Positions 9,947 through 19,661 are shown, counted from the first letter of the stretch. The stretch is DNA of 64,000 nucleotides from an uncultured Polyangiales bacterium (GCA_964624885.1 CAZUZY010000001.1:12831-76830); one strand, 5' to 3'. The notes: generated from the sequence alone by a model not told the origin. Numbers and translations: made by a program.

Positions 9947-11383
9947 ATGAAGACGGCCGAGCAGTACGTCGAGAGCCTGCGCGCGCGCAAAGACCTGCGC
10001 CTGTTCGTGCGCGGGCAGCGGGTCGAGGACGCGGTGGGTCACCCCGCCGTCGCGCCGAGCGTGCGCACGGTCGCCGAGAGCTATCGCCTCGCGCACGACC
10101 CCGAGCACGCGAAGCTGTTCCGCGCGTGGTCCCCGCTGATCGAGGCCGAGGTGAACCGCTTCACCCACGTGTTCGCGACCCGCGACGACCTGCTCGCCAA
10201 GACCGCCATGCAGCGCGTGCTCGGGCGCCGCACGGGCACGTGCTTCCAGCGCTGCGTGGGCATGGACGCGATCAACGCGCTGTACAACGTCACCTTCGAG
10301 ATGGGCGCCGCCGTGCACGGGCGCTTCCTCGACTACCTCCGCCACGTGCAGCGCGAAGACCTCGTGCTGTGCGGCGCGATGACCGACCCCAAGGGCGACC
10401 GCACCAAGGCACCCGCGGCCCAGCCCGACGCGTACCTGCGCGTGGTCGCGCGGAGGGAGAAATCGATCGTGGTGCGCGGCGCCAAGATGCACCAGACGGG
10501 CGTGGTGAACTCCCACGAGATCGTCGTCATGCCCGGGCGCTCGCTCACCAAGGACGAGGGCGACTTCGCGGTGAGCTTCGCGATCCCGGTCGACCATCCC
10601 GGCGTGACCCTCGTGTACGGGCGTCAGCCGAGCGACGATCGCCGCCACGGGTGCGCGATGGACCAGGGCAACGCCACCTACGGTGGGCAGGAGGCGATCG
10701 TCCTGTTCGACGACGTCGAGGTGCCGCTCGAGCGCGTGTTCATGCTCGGCGAGACCCAGTGGGCGAACCCGCTCGTCGAGTACTTCGCCGGGCACCACCG
10801 CGCGAGCTACGGCGGGTGCAAGCCCGGCAACGGCGACGTGCTGATCGGCGCCGCGGCGCTCGTCGCGCGGCTCAACGGCACCGACAAGGCCTCGCACGTG
10901 CGGGACAAGCTCGTCGAGATGGTGCACCTCGTGGAGACGATGCACGCGGGCGGACTCGCCGCGGCGACGCGCTCCTACACCACGCCCGCGGGCACGCAGA
11001 TGGTCGACCCGCTGCTCGCCAACGTCTGCAAGCACAACGTCACGCGGTTCCCCTACGAGCTCACGCGGCTGGCCGAGGACATCGCAGGAGGCCTGATGGT
11101 CACCCTGCCTTCGGCCGAGGACTTCGACCACCCGGAGTACGGCGCGCTCCTGCGCAAGACGGTGGAGGGCGCGCGGGGCAGCGCCGAGGACCGCATCCGC
11201 GCGCTGCGGCTCGTCGAGAACATGACCCTCGGGCCGACCGCCGTGGCGATCCGCACCGAGTCGATGCACGGCGCCGGCTCGCCGCAGGCCCAGCGCGTGC
11301 GCATGCAGGCCCAGGCCGACTGGGAGGAGAAGATCGCCGACGCCGCTCGGATCGCCGGGATCGAAGCGCCGCCGAAGGTCTAG
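9947..11383 (+). CDS. abfD: 4-hydroxybutyryl-CoA dehydratase / vinylacetyl-CoA delta-isomerase homologue
   Basis: Collinear with my recollection of Clostridium aminobutyricum AbfD. Shared strings include AEQYVESLR, MQRVLGRRTGTCFQRCVGMD, GAMTDPKGDR, VVRGAKMHQTG, FAGHHRASYGGCK, LLANVCKHNVTRFPYELTRLAEDIAGGLMVTLPS and RTESMHGAGSPQAQR. Confidence 0.88.
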   Translation: MKTAEQYVESLRARKDLRLFVRGQRVEDAVGHPAVAPSVRTVAESYRLAHDPEHAKLFRAWSPLIEAEVNRFTHVFATRDDLLAKTAMQRVLGRRTGTCFQRCVGMDAINALYNVTFEMGAAVHGRFLDYLRHVQREDLVLCGAMTDPKGDRTKAPAAQPDAYLRVVARREKSIVVRGAKMHQTGVVNSHEIVVMPGRSLTKDEGDFAVSFAIPVDHPGVTLVYGRQPSDDRRHGCAMDQGNATYGGQEAIVLFDDVEVPLERVFMLGETQWANPLVEYFAGHHRASYGGCKPGNGDVLIGAAALVARLNGTDKASHVRDKLVEMVHLVETMHAGGLAAATRSYTTPAGTQMVDPLLANVCKHNVTRFPYELTRLAEDIAGGLMVTLPSAEDFDHPEYGALLRKTVEGARGSAEDRIRALRLVENMTLGPTAVAIRTESMHGAGSPQAQRVRMQAQADWEEKIADAARIAGIEAPPKV

Positions 11384-12012
11384 AAGACGACGCCGGTGAC
11401 CGCGACGCCGGCGCTCGTGCCGCCGAACGTGGTGGGCATCGCCGTCCACTGCACCTTGGCGCCCATCACCGTGTCGTTGCGCACGAGCACCGTCTTGGTG
11501 GAGGCCATGCCCGCGAGGAGCAGGCTCGCGCCCGTGGCCTGGCCGATGAAATCGAAGACCAGCGCCATCTGGATGAGCGCCTTGTCCACGCAGAAGTCGT
11601 TGCACGGGCGGCCGGTGAGGCCGAAGATCGGGCCGAGCACGGGCACGAGCAGCCAGCGGTTGTACGGCTCCGCGTTGGTCGCGCCGACCATCAGGGCAGG
11701 CAGGTAGAACACGCCGAACGTGATGCCACCGCCGATGATGAGGCCGGTGCGCGGGCGCTCCTCGGCGTGGTAGCCGGCGGGGATCGGCATGCCCGCCTTG
11801 TATTTCATCTCGGCCGGTCCGCCCTGGGGTGCATAGGGCTGCCCGTAGGGTTGGCCGTACGGCTGTCCGACGTTCGGCGGGGGCTGCGGCTGGGGCTGCG
11901 GCTGCGGATTGCCACCGGCAGCGCCGATCGGATCGTCGTCGCGTTGCGCGAACGCAGGGCCGACGAGGGTCACGAAGGTGAGGACCGAAGCAAGCGCCGC
12001 GAGCCGTTTCAT
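11380..12012 (-). CDS. Secreted/membrane protein with Gln/Pro-rich repeats, function unknown
   Basis: Start at MKRLAALASVLTFVTLVGPAFA (signal peptide). Then QPQPQPQPQPPP and three GQPY units, followed by two hydrophobic helices. High GC3. Confidence 0.6.
   Translation of the reverse strand: MKRLAALASVLTFVTLVGPAFAQRDDDPIGAAGGNPQPQPQPQPPPNVGQPYGQPYGQPYAPQGGPAEMKYKAGMPIPAGYHAEERPRTGLIIGGGITFGVFYLPALMVGATNAEPYNRWLLVPVLGPIFGLTGRPCNDFCVDKALIQMALVFDFIGQATGASLLLAGMASTKTVLVRNDTVMGAKVQWTAMPTTFGGTSAGVAVTGVVF
11831..11907 (-). repeat. Short in-frame tandem repeats (3 x GQPY, 5 x QP)
   Basis: Peptide QPQPQPQPQPPPNVGQPYGQPYGQPY. The plus strand shows CTGCGG/CTGGGG and GTAGGG/GTACGG iterations. Confidence 0.6.
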
Positions 12013-12035
12013 GCCAAGGACGATAGCATCCTCTC

Positions 12036-14333
12036 GTGCGCTGGCTCGCTCTCGCTCTGATCGTGCTCTCGTGGACGGGGCGGGCATTCGCCGCCCCGCG
12101 CACCGCGGGCGGCAGCGTGGTCACCGAGGCCAACGATCCGATGCCCGACGCCGAGGTGATCCTCCTCGATCCGACGGGCAAGGTGGTCGCGAAGACCAGG
12201 ACCGACGCCGAGGGACGATGGAGCGTGAAGATCGACGCGAAGACGACCCTGGTCGTGCGCGTGTCGGTGCCCGGCCTGCCCCCCGCGACCACGCTGCTGC
12301 GACCCGATCAGGACGACGTGCGCACGACGATGCAGGCGGCCGCGACGAGCGACGTCTCGCTCTCGGTCGAGGGTGACAAGAAGGCGCCTCCCCCCGCGGA
12401 GGCCGGGGCGCCCGCGAGCTATGGCGTCGAGGGCGCCCTGCTCACCAAGATGCCGGGCACCCGCGGGGACCCGTTCGCCGCGGCCACTTCACTGCCGTCG
12501 GTCGGTCGACCCCCGGCGCTCGCCACCGTGTACGCGGTGCGCGGCGCAGCGCCCGAGGACACCGCCACGTTCCTCGACGGCGCTCCGCTGCCGCACGCGT
12601 TCCACTTCGGGGGCCTCGTCGCCATCGTGCCCGCGCCGATGCTCTCGCGGGTGTCGCTGCTGCCCGGAGGCTTCGGCACCCCGTACGGCCGGGCGACCGC
12701 CGGCATCGTCGACGCCTGGCTGGCCGCGCCGCCCCGCGACCGCGTGCACGCGAGCCTGCAGCTCGACGCGATCGACGTGGGCGCGACGCTGTCGTTCCCG
12801 CTGCGCTTCGGCGCGGCCACGAACAACGACACCACGATCGCCGTCGGCTTCCGGCGCAGCCACGTGGACACCTGGATCGGCAGCCTGGTCGGCGATCGCG
12901 TGGCCGGCGATCTCCCGCGCTACCTCGACGCCCAGCTCGTCGCGCAGCACGAGTTCGGCCCGCAGGCGTTCGTGCGCGGCGCCGTGCTGTTCGCGGACGA
13001 TCTGCTCGCGGTCACCGACGAGAGCCAGCCCGCCGACCGCCCGCGCAGCGGCCGGTTCCACTCGGCGCTGCTGCGCGCGCACCTGCGCGGCGAGCGCACC
13101 ACCGACGCCGGCAGCGTCGTCGGCGTGGTCTCGTTCCTGCGCTCCGAGGACACGGTGGAGGGCGAGATCGACCTCTGGTCGAGCGTGCGACGCTCGGCAT
13201 TCGTGCGGCTCGAGACCACGCGCAAGCTCGGCGACGGCGAGCGTCCCGCGCTGGTCACCTTCGGGCTCGACACCCTCGCCACCCAGGTGGACGGCGTGCG
13301 GGTCCTCACCCTGCCCACCGCGGCGTTCGGTGGCAGCGCCACGTTCCTCGTGCGCGGCAAGGTGCAGGTGCAGCGCGTCGAGCCCTCGGCCTACCTGCAG
13401 CTCGCCCTCTCGCCGTTCCCGCGCGTGCAGATCCTCCCCGGGGTGCGCTTCGATCACTTCGGCGAGGCCATCGTCTCGCCCCGCGTGTCGATGCGGATCT
13501 CCGACGGCGACCTCACCTTCAAGGGCAGCGTGGGCGCCTACGCGCGGCCCCCGTCCTACGAGTCGGTGGACGCGCGCGACCAGGACGGCACGCTGGTGCC
13601 GATGCCGTTCGTGGGGCGCGCGCCGCGCGGACTGCAGGCCGCCCTCGGGCTCGAGCGGCGGTTCGGCAAGGCGGTGTCGCTGAGCATCGACCTCTACACG
13701 CGCGCCATGTCCCACGTGCTCGTCGCGCAGCAGCAACCGGCGGTGCCCATGTTTGACGACGCGCCCCGCCTCGGCGGCGGTCGCATCCTGCTCGGCTACC
13801 GCTACCCGCTCTACACCGACGACGCTCGCTCGCGCGCGGTGGGCATCGAGGCGTTGCTGCGCTTCTCGGGCGAGTCGTTCTCCGGCTTCCTCGGGTACGC
13901 GCTCTCGCGGGCCGAGCTGCGCGACAGCCCCGAGGCCGCCTTCCGCCGCGCGCCGTTCGACCAGACCCACGTGCTCAACGCGGCCGTCGTCGCCAAGCTG
14001 GGCCGCGGGTTCGAGGCGGGCGCGCGGTTCCGCCTCGCGGTCGGTGTGCTCGACAGCCCCTACCCCGCGACCGACATCGCGCCGAAGGCCGACCCCAACA
14101 TCGACCCTAGCCGCCCGCTGCCCGAGCTCCAGCCGCTGCACTCGCTCGATCTGCGCCTCGAGAAGGGCTTCACCCTCGGCGAGCACGGCGCGTTCGCCGT
14201 CTACGTCGAGGTGCGCAACGTCTACGATCGGCGCGTGCGCGAGCCCCTCGCCTACAACTACGTCTACGGCTACCCGGTGGTCAGCTCGGGCCTGCCGATC
14301 ATCCCCAACCTCGGGCTGCGGGGGTCGCTGTGA
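12036..14333 (+). CDS. Outer-membrane beta-barrel, CarboxypepD_reg-like domain + TonB-dependent-receptor plug (Oar-like)
   Basis: Signal peptide MRWLALALIVLSWTGRAFA. A carboxypeptidase-regulatory-like fold (EVILLDPTGKVVAKTRTDAEGRWSV). Plug-like GTRGDPFAAATSLPSV...VRGAAPEDTATFLDGAPL. The protein ends in an aromatic-rich beta-strand region. Confidence 0.78.
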   Translation: MRWLALALIVLSWTGRAFAAPRTAGGSVVTEANDPMPDAEVILLDPTGKVVAKTRTDAEGRWSVKIDAKTTLVVRVSVPGLPPATTLLRPDQDDVRTTMQAAATSDVSLSVEGDKKAPPPAEAGAPASYGVEGALLTKMPGTRGDPFAAATSLPSVGRPPALATVYAVRGAAPEDTATFLDGAPLPHAFHFGGLVAIVPAPMLSRVSLLPGGFGTPYGRATAGIVDAWLAAPPRDRVHASLQLDAIDVGATLSFPLRFGAATNNDTTIAVGFRRSHVDTWIGSLVGDRVAGDLPRYLDAQLVAQHEFGPQAFVRGAVLFADDLLAVTDESQPADRPRSGRFHSALLRAHLRGERTTDAGSVVGVVSFLRSEDTVEGEIDLWSSVRRSAFVRLETTRKLGDGERPALVTFGLDTLATQVDGVRVLTLPTAAFGGSATFLVRGKVQVQRVEPSAYLQLALSPFPRVQILPGVRFDHFGEAIVSPRVSMRISDGDLTFKGSVGAYARPPSYESVDARDQDGTLVPMPFVGRAPRGLQAALGLERRFGKAVSLSIDLYTRAMSHVLVAQQQPAVPMFDDAPRLGGGRILLGYRYPLYTDDARSRAVGIEALLRFSGESFSGFLGYALSRAELRDSPEAAFRRAPFDQTHVLNAAVVAKLGRGFEAGARFRLAVGVLDSPYPATDIAPKADPNIDPSRPLPELQPLHSLDLRLEKGFTLGEHGAFAVYVEVRNVYDRRVREPLAYNYVYGYPVVSSGLPIIPNLGLRGSL

Positions 14334-16324
14334 GGCGCTTGCTCGTGGCGGCGCTGCTGGTCGGCTGTCGGGTCGAGTCGCCCGATGACGGCGCCGTCGC
14401 CGTCGCCACCACCGCCGCGCCGCTGATCGACGACGGGCGCGCCGACGGCGTGTTCGGTCAGCCGGATTTCACGAGCAGCGAGCCGCCGGTCACGGTCTCG
14501 TCCACCACCACGACCCACCCCACGTTCGTCGCGACCGACACGAGCTACCGCAACCCGAGCTACGTGCTGGTCGCCGATCGCGAGGCGCACCGCGGTCTCC
14601 TGCTCTCGGTGTCCGGCGGCAGCTGGGTGTTCGCGGGGCTCTACGGGCAGTCGTCGATCAACGCGAGCCTGCCCAACCAGGGGCTGCTGCAGCCGGCGCA
14701 GTTCACCCTCCACACGCCGATGGCCGCCGCGTTCGCCACCTCGATCGCCGAGGTGCCGGGCACCCTCAACTGGGTGGCGGTCGCCGACACGGCCAACCAC
14801 CGGGTGCTGGTCTCGAACAACTTCGGCGGCGGCTGGAACCCCACGATGGTCGTCGGCCAGGACGGTGACTTCACCACCGGAATCCCGTCGAAGGGTGGGG
14901 TCAGCTCGAGCAGCCTCGACCAGCCGAGCGGCGTCGCCTTCGACCCCAACTTCGTGCCCGCGCGCCTCTATGTCTCCGACACCGGCCACCACCGCATCCT
15001 GCGCTTCGACGCGGTGAACACCCCCAAGCCCACCGCGGCCGCGGTGTTCGGTCAGCCTTCGTTCGTCAGCGACGCACCCGACGGCGGCGAGCCCGGCCCC
15101 AACGCCCGCGGACTCTCCTCGCCCGGCGGCATCTACGGCTGGTTCCTCAGCACCAACCTGGGCGACCCCTTGCGGGGCCTGTGGGTCGCCGACACCGGCA
15201 ACCACCGGGTGATCCACGTGGCCAACAGCGGCGTCGCGGACTTCGTCCTCGGCCAGCCCGACCTCGTGAGCAACAAGCCCAACGCCTTCGGCGCCTCCGC
15301 GCGCTCGCTGCGCGGGCCGAGCGCGGTCGCCGTCGATCCGGTCGGCAACGTGTGGGTGGCCGACACCGGCAACCACCGCGTGCTGCGGTTCAAGAAGGGC
15401 GCCACGACCGCCGACGCCGTGCTCGGTCAACCCGACTTCGCCAGCATCTCCCCACCCACGATCGTGAGCGCGCAGACCCTCTACCTGCCGAGCGGCGTCG
15501 CCGTGAACGGCAACGGTGACCTCTACGTCGCCGACACCGGCGCCTCGCGCGTGCTGCGCTACTCGGTCGACTGCGCCAAGCCCTCGGTCTGCAACGACGG
15601 CGATCCGTGCACCGACGACTTCTGCGACCCGACCTACCACTGCTACCACAGCCTCAACACCTTCTCGAAGGAGTGCGCGCCGTACACGTGCGCGATCGCC
15701 CAGCGGCGCTGCGCCGGGTCGTGCGACACCGCGCACCCGTGCGCGTTCGGCACCACGTGCGTGGCAGGCCGCTGCCTGCGATTGTGCACCACCGACGCGC
15801 AGTGTCCGACCGCGCACTGCGCGGGCGGCGTGTGCTGCGACACCGCCTGCGACGGCCTCTGCGAGTCGTGCCGGATCCTCGGGCACGAGGGGACCTGCAC
15901 CGTGGTGCCGGCGGGCACGGTGCCGACCGATCCCAAGACCTGCCCCGGGGGCTCGACCGGGTGCAGCCACGCCTGCAACGGCGTCGACCGAGACCGCTGC
16001 GAGGACGACCCGGCCGGGACCTCGTGCGGCGTGTCGAGCTGCAGAGAAGGCGTCGAGACTCCTCTCGGCAAGTGCGACGGCCTCGGCGCGTGCCTCTCGA
16101 CGCCCAAGGCCTGCGCCCCCTACGCCTGCACCGCGGCCGCCTGCCGCGCCCGGTGCGACTTCGACCACGACTGCGTGGGCGGCGCGCAGTGCCTCGACGG
16201 CGCCTGCGTGAACCGCCGGCCGGCGGGCGGGGGCTGTGGCCTCGCGACCCCGGTCGAGGCCACCCCCTTGCTCGCGTTCCTCGCCGCGCTCGGCGCGCTC
16301 GGCGTCGCCCGGAGGCGGCGGTGA
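14330..16324 (+). CDS. NHL-repeat protein with Cys-rich C-terminal region and MYXO-CTERM-like tail
   Basis: GTG start overlaps the upstream stop (GTGA). Five NHL-type repeats (ADTANHRVLV, SDTGHHRILRF, ADTGNHRVIHV, ADTGNHRVLRF, ADTGASRVLRY). A Cys-rich module follows (CNDGDPCTDDFCDP...). Tail GGGCGLATP...LGALGVARRRR. Confidence 0.82.
   Translation: MRRLLVAALLVGCRVESPDDGAVAVATTAAPLIDDGRADGVFGQPDFTSSEPPVTVSSTTTTHPTFVATDTSYRNPSYVLVADREAHRGLLLSVSGGSWVFAGLYGQSSINASLPNQGLLQPAQFTLHTPMAAAFATSIAEVPGTLNWVAVADTANHRVLVSNNFGGGWNPTMVVGQDGDFTTGIPSKGGVSSSSLDQPSGVAFDPNFVPARLYVSDTGHHRILRFDAVNTPKPTAAAVFGQPSFVSDAPDGGEPGPNARGLSSPGGIYGWFLSTNLGDPLRGLWVADTGNHRVIHVANSGVADFVLGQPDLVSNKPNAFGASARSLRGPSAVAVDPVGNVWVADTGNHRVLRFKKGATTADAVLGQPDFASISPPTIVSAQTLYLPSGVAVNGNGDLYVADTGASRVLRYSVDCAKPSVCNDGDPCTDDFCDPTYHCYHSLNTFSKECAPYTCAIAQRRCAGSCDTAHPCAFGTTCVAGRCLRLCTTDAQCPTAHCAGGVCCDTACDGLCESCRILGHEGTCTVVPAGTVPTDPKTCPGGSTGCSHACNGVDRDRCEDDPAGTSCGVSSCREGVETPLGKCDGLGACLSTPKACAPYACTAAACRARCDFDHDCVGGAQCLDGACVNRRPAGGGCGLATPVEATPLLAFLAALGALGVARRRR
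16226..16321 (+). other. MYXO-CTERM-like C-terminal sorting signal (variant)
   Basis: GGGCGLATPVEATPLLAFLAALGALGVARRRR at the C-terminus of the NHL protein. It has GCG rather than GCGC. Confidence 0.45.
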
Positions 16325-17325
16325 GGCGCGTCGTCTGGTTGCTGCTGGTCGCGGGGTGCGACGCGAGCACGCCCGAGCCCTATGTGCCGGTCTACGACCC
16401 GTCCTCCACCCAGCCCGTGGCGATGGTGGAGTTCTGCACCCTGCAGGCCAAGAACGCGTGCGCCGCGCTCCGACCTTGCTGCGGCACCGCGCACCTCTCG
16501 TTCGACGAGGCCACCTGTCGCGCCAACGCGCGGGGGCTGTGCGAGGCGCGCAAGCAGCGGGCGCTCGAGGTCGGGCTGCTCTACGACGACGTGCAGGCGG
16601 GCCGCTGCGCGCGGGGCCAGAGCGTGCTGCTCCGGCGCTGCACGACCGACGCGGTGAACGGCGATCCCGTCGCCGCCGACGTCGCCGAGGCGTGCACGCA
16701 GGTGTTCCACGGGGTCCTGCAGGAGGGCGACAGCTGCAACCCGAAGGCGACCCGCCCGTGCACGCCGCCCGCGCTGGGCACCCGGATCGCCTGCGAGGGG
16801 AGCGTGTGCCGGGTGCGCCACCTCGCCGACGTCGGCGAGCCCTGCGGCACCGGGTGCAAGGCCGGCCTCGGCTGCAGCGGCGCGCCCGCGCGCTGCTACC
16901 CGCTCCTGCTCCCGATCGGGGCCTCGTGCGCGGGCTTCGTCTCGGTGTGCGACGCGAGCGACGACGCCTACTGCGACCCGGCCACGTTCCGCTGCACGCG
17001 CTACCCGAGCGCCGGCGAGGCCTGCTCGAGCACGAGCGTGTGCGCGCGCCCCTACCGCTGCGATACCGACAAATCGGGCCAGAAGCGCTGCGTCGACGGC
17101 AAGGCCCTCGGCGCGTCGTGTGGTGAGTCGCGGGAGTGCGCGTCGCGCGTGTGCAGCGAGTCGCTGCGCGCGTGTCTCCCGGCCCCCTTCGGCTACCCGC
17201 TCTCCGGGAGCGCGGGGAGCGACGGCCTCGGCTACGTGGGCACGATGGCGGCCACCTGCGACGGCCTGCTGGCGGCGGGCGCGGGTGGCCTCTCGGTCGT
17301 CCCGCTTCCGTCACCGCCGCCGTGA
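16321..17325 (+). CDS. Cys-rich lipoprotein, function unknown
   Basis: GTG at 16321 overlaps the upstream stop (GTGA). Lipobox LLLVAGCDAS. About 36 Cys in 334 aa. Tail of track ORF 15607..17325. Confidence 0.72.
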   Translation: MRRVVWLLLVAGCDASTPEPYVPVYDPSSTQPVAMVEFCTLQAKNACAALRPCCGTAHLSFDEATCRANARGLCEARKQRALEVGLLYDDVQAGRCARGQSVLLRRCTTDAVNGDPVAADVAEACTQVFHGVLQEGDSCNPKATRPCTPPALGTRIACEGSVCRVRHLADVGEPCGTGCKAGLGCSGAPARCYPLLLPIGASCAGFVSVCDASDDAYCDPATFRCTRYPSAGEACSSTSVCARPYRCDTDKSGQKRCVDGKALGASCGESRECASRVCSESLRACLPAPFGYPLSGSAGSDGLGYVGTMAATCDGLLAAGAGGLSVVPLPSPPP

Positions 17326-17340
17326 CGCTACCAGGCCTGC

Positions 17341-17634
17341 ATGCCGCGGATCGATCGAGCCCAGGTGCTGCACGTGGCCAAGCTCGCCCGGGTGACCCTC
17401 GCCGACGAAGAGGTCCCCGCGCTCACCGCGCAGCTCGAGCGCGTACTCGAGCACATCGCCCAGCTCTCCGAGGTCGACACCGAGGGCGTCGAGCCCACCG
17501 CGCACCTCGGGGTCGAGAGCCTCCCGCTCCGCGACGACGTCGTCGCCCCCTCGCTCGACCGCGCCGCGGTGCTCGCCGCCGCGCCCGACACCGCCGGTCA
17601 CGGCTTCGTCGTCCCCGCGTTCGTGGAGGAGTGA
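17341..17634 (+). CDS. gatC: Asp-tRNA(Asn)/Glu-tRNA(Gln) amidotransferase subunit C
   Basis: 97 aa. IDRAQVLHVAKLARVTLADEEVPALTAQLERVLEHIAQLSEVDTEGVEPTAH is a typical GatC sequence. Confidence 0.93.
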   Translation: MPRIDRAQVLHVAKLARVTLADEEVPALTAQLERVLEHIAQLSEVDTEGVEPTAHLGVESLPLRDDVVAPSLDRAAVLAAAPDTAGHGFVVPAFVEE

Positions 17635-19098
17635 GTGGAGCTCCTCGATCGCTCGCTCGTCGACGTGCAGGCGGCGCTCGTCCGGGGCGAGGTGTCGGCC
17701 CGCGAGCTCGCCGAGGCCACGCTCGCGCGGTGCGCCGACCCCGCGCACGACGGCATCCACCTCGACCACGATCCGGCGCGGACCCTCGCGATGGCCGCGG
17801 CGGTCGACGACAAGCGCGCGCGGGGCGAGGCGCTGGGGCCGCTCGCGGGCGTGCCGATCGGCCTCAAGGACGTGCTCGTCACCCACGACGCGCGCACCAC
17901 CTGTGGCAGCCGCATCCTCGAGGGGTACCGCCCGCCCTACGACGCCACGGCGGTGGCCCGGCTGCGCGCGGCCGACGCCGTGTTCACCGGCAAGCTCAAC
18001 ATGGACGAGTTCGCGATGGGGTCGTCCAACGAGAACAGCGCCTACGGCCCGGTGAAGAACCCCTGGGATCCCACGCGCGTGCCGGGGGGCTCGTCGGGGG
18101 GCAGCGCCGCCGCCGTGGCCGCGGGGCTGGCGCTCGGCACGCTCGGCACCGACACCGGCGGCTCGATCCGCCAGCCCGCGGCCCTGTGCGGCATCGTCGG
18201 CGTCAAGCCCACCTACGGGCGCGTGTCGCGGTTCGGCCTCGTCGCGTTCGCCTCCTCGCTCGACCAGATCGGCACCTTCGCCCGCGACGTGCGCGGCGCC
18301 GCGCGGCTCCTCGAGGTCGTCGCCGGCCACGACCCTCGCGACTCGACGAGCGTGCGCACACCGGTGCCGGACTGGGTCTCGGCCTGTGGCAGGGACGTGA
18401 AGGGCCTGCGCCTCGGCGTGCCCCGTGAGTATCTGGGCGAGGGCCTCGAGCCCGAGGTGCGCGCCTCGATCGAGCAGGCGCTCGAGCTCCTGCGCGGGCT
18501 CGGCTGCCGCATCGTCCCGATCGACATGCCGCACACGAGGTACGGCGTCTCCACCTACTACGTCATCGCCACCGCCGAGTGCTCTTCCAACCTCGCCCGC
18601 TTCGACGGCGTCCGCTACGGCCGGCGCGTGCCCGGCAAGGACCTCGAGGCCATGTACGGCGCCACGCGGGACGCGGGCTTCGGCCCCGAGGTGAAGCGCC
18701 GGATCCTGCTCGGCACCTACGTGCTCTCCGCGGGCTACTACGACGCCTACTACGCCAAGGCCATGAAGGTCCGCACCCTGATCCGTCGCGATTTCGACCG
18801 CGCGTTCGAGCAGGTGGACGCGATCGTCGGGCCCACGTCGCCGGGCGTCGCCTGGCCGTTCGGGCAGAAGACGGCCGACCCACTCCAGATGTACCTCGCC
18901 GATCTCTTCACGCTCCCCGCCTCGCTCGCCGGGCTGCCGGGCGTCTCGGTGCCGGCGGCGAAGGGCGCGACGACCGGGCTCCCCATCGGCCTCCAGATCG
19001 TGACCCCGGCGTTCGACGAGGCCCGGATGTTCACGCTGGCCCACGCCTTCGAGCAGGTCTCGCCCGGCCGCTGGGACCGCGCGTGGCCACGGGCGTGA
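17635..19098 (+). CDS. gatA: Asp-tRNA(Asn)/Glu-tRNA(Gln) amidotransferase subunit A
   Basis: GTG start immediately after the gatC stop. Amidase signature [12 protein letters not shown] and [12 protein letters not shown]. Confidence 0.95.
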   Translation: MELLDRSLVDVQAALVRGEVSARELAEATLARCADPAHDGIHLDHDPARTLAMAAAVDDKRARGEALGPLAGVPIGLKDVLVTHDARTTCGSRILEGYRPPYDATAVARLRAADAVFTGKLNMDEFAMGSSNENSAYGPVKNPWDPTRVPGGSSGGSAAAVAAGLALGTLGTDTGGSIRQPAALCGIVGVKPTYGRVSRFGLVAFASSLDQIGTFARDVRGAARLLEVVAGHDPRDSTSVRTPVPDWVSACGRDVKGLRLGVPREYLGEGLEPEVRASIEQALELLRGLGCRIVPIDMPHTRYGVSTYYVIATAECSSNLARFDGVRYGRRVPGKDLEAMYGATRDAGFGPEVKRRILLGTYVLSAGYYDAYYAKAMKVRTLIRRDFDRAFEQVDAIVGPTSPGVAWPFGQKTADPLQMYLADLFTLPASLAGLPGVSVPAAKGATTGLPIGLQIVTPAFDEARMFTLAHAFEQVSPGRWDRAWPRA

Positions 19099-19661
19099 TC
19101 GTCGAGGCGCTCGGGCCTGCGCGGGCGGTGGCGCTCGCCGCGCTGTTCGACCGCGAGGGCAGCCCCTGCTTCTGCCGCTACTGGCACTTCGGCGGCACCA
19201 ACAAGGAGTGGGAGGCGCGGTGCGCCGAGCGCAAGGACGACAACCGCGCCGAGCTCTCGGCGGCGATCGCCGCGGGCACCGAGGAGGCTCGCGGGCTCGT
19301 CGCGCTCCGCGGCGAAGACGTGGTGGGCTGGATGAAGCTCACGCGTCGCGCCGCCTTGCCCAAGCTCCTCGCGCGGTTCCCCTATCGCGGGCTCGACGAT
19401 CCGCGCGACGTGTTCGCCATCGGGTGCTTCCTCGTCGATCCCAGCCACCGGCGCGCTGGCGTGGCCACGGCGTTGCTCGACTTCGCCATCGCCCACGCCC
19501 CCACGTGGGGCGCGCGGTTCCTCGAGGCCTATCCGCGCGCGAGCGACGCGCCACTACACGAGGGCGAGCTCTTCCAGGGGCCGCACGCGCTGTTCGCGTC
19601 GCGCGGCTTCGCCGTGGTGCGCGAGGCGCCGCAGTATCCGGTGCTGCGACGCGCGCTGTGA
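19095..19661 (+). CDS. GNAT family N-acetyltransferase
   Basis: GTG at 19095 overlaps the gatA stop (GTGA). [24 protein letters not shown] acetyl-CoA motif. Tail of track ORF 18579..19661. Confidence 0.8.
   Translation: MIVEALGPARAVALAALFDREGSPCFCRYWHFGGTNKEWEARCAERKDDNRAELSAAIAAGTEEARGLVALRGEDVVGWMKLTRRAALPKLLARFPYRGLDDPRDVFAIGCFLVDPSHRRAGVATALLDFAIAHAPTWGARFLEAYPRASDAPLHEGELFQGPHALFASRGFAVVREAPQYPVLRRAL

Noticed and set aside
7210-11383. BREX or Pgl phage-defence system around the PglZ-like gene
   Set aside because: No methyltransferase (pglX), ATPase (brxC/pglY), Lon-like brxL, kinase pglW or brxA/brxB is present. The flanks are an acyltransferase and a metabolic dehydratase. A single PglZ-like domain is not a BREX locus.
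8213-12292. 1359-aa ORF on the minus strand spanning the PglZ-like and abfD genes
   Set aside because: Shadow frame opposite two genes with strong motif support, with low-complexity Arg/Gly/Ala composition.
14270-17314. 1014-aa minus-strand ORF opposite the NHL and Cys-rich lipoprotein genes
   Set aside because: Arg/Pro-rich shadow frame. The plus-strand genes have signal peptides, NHL repeats and coupled starts.
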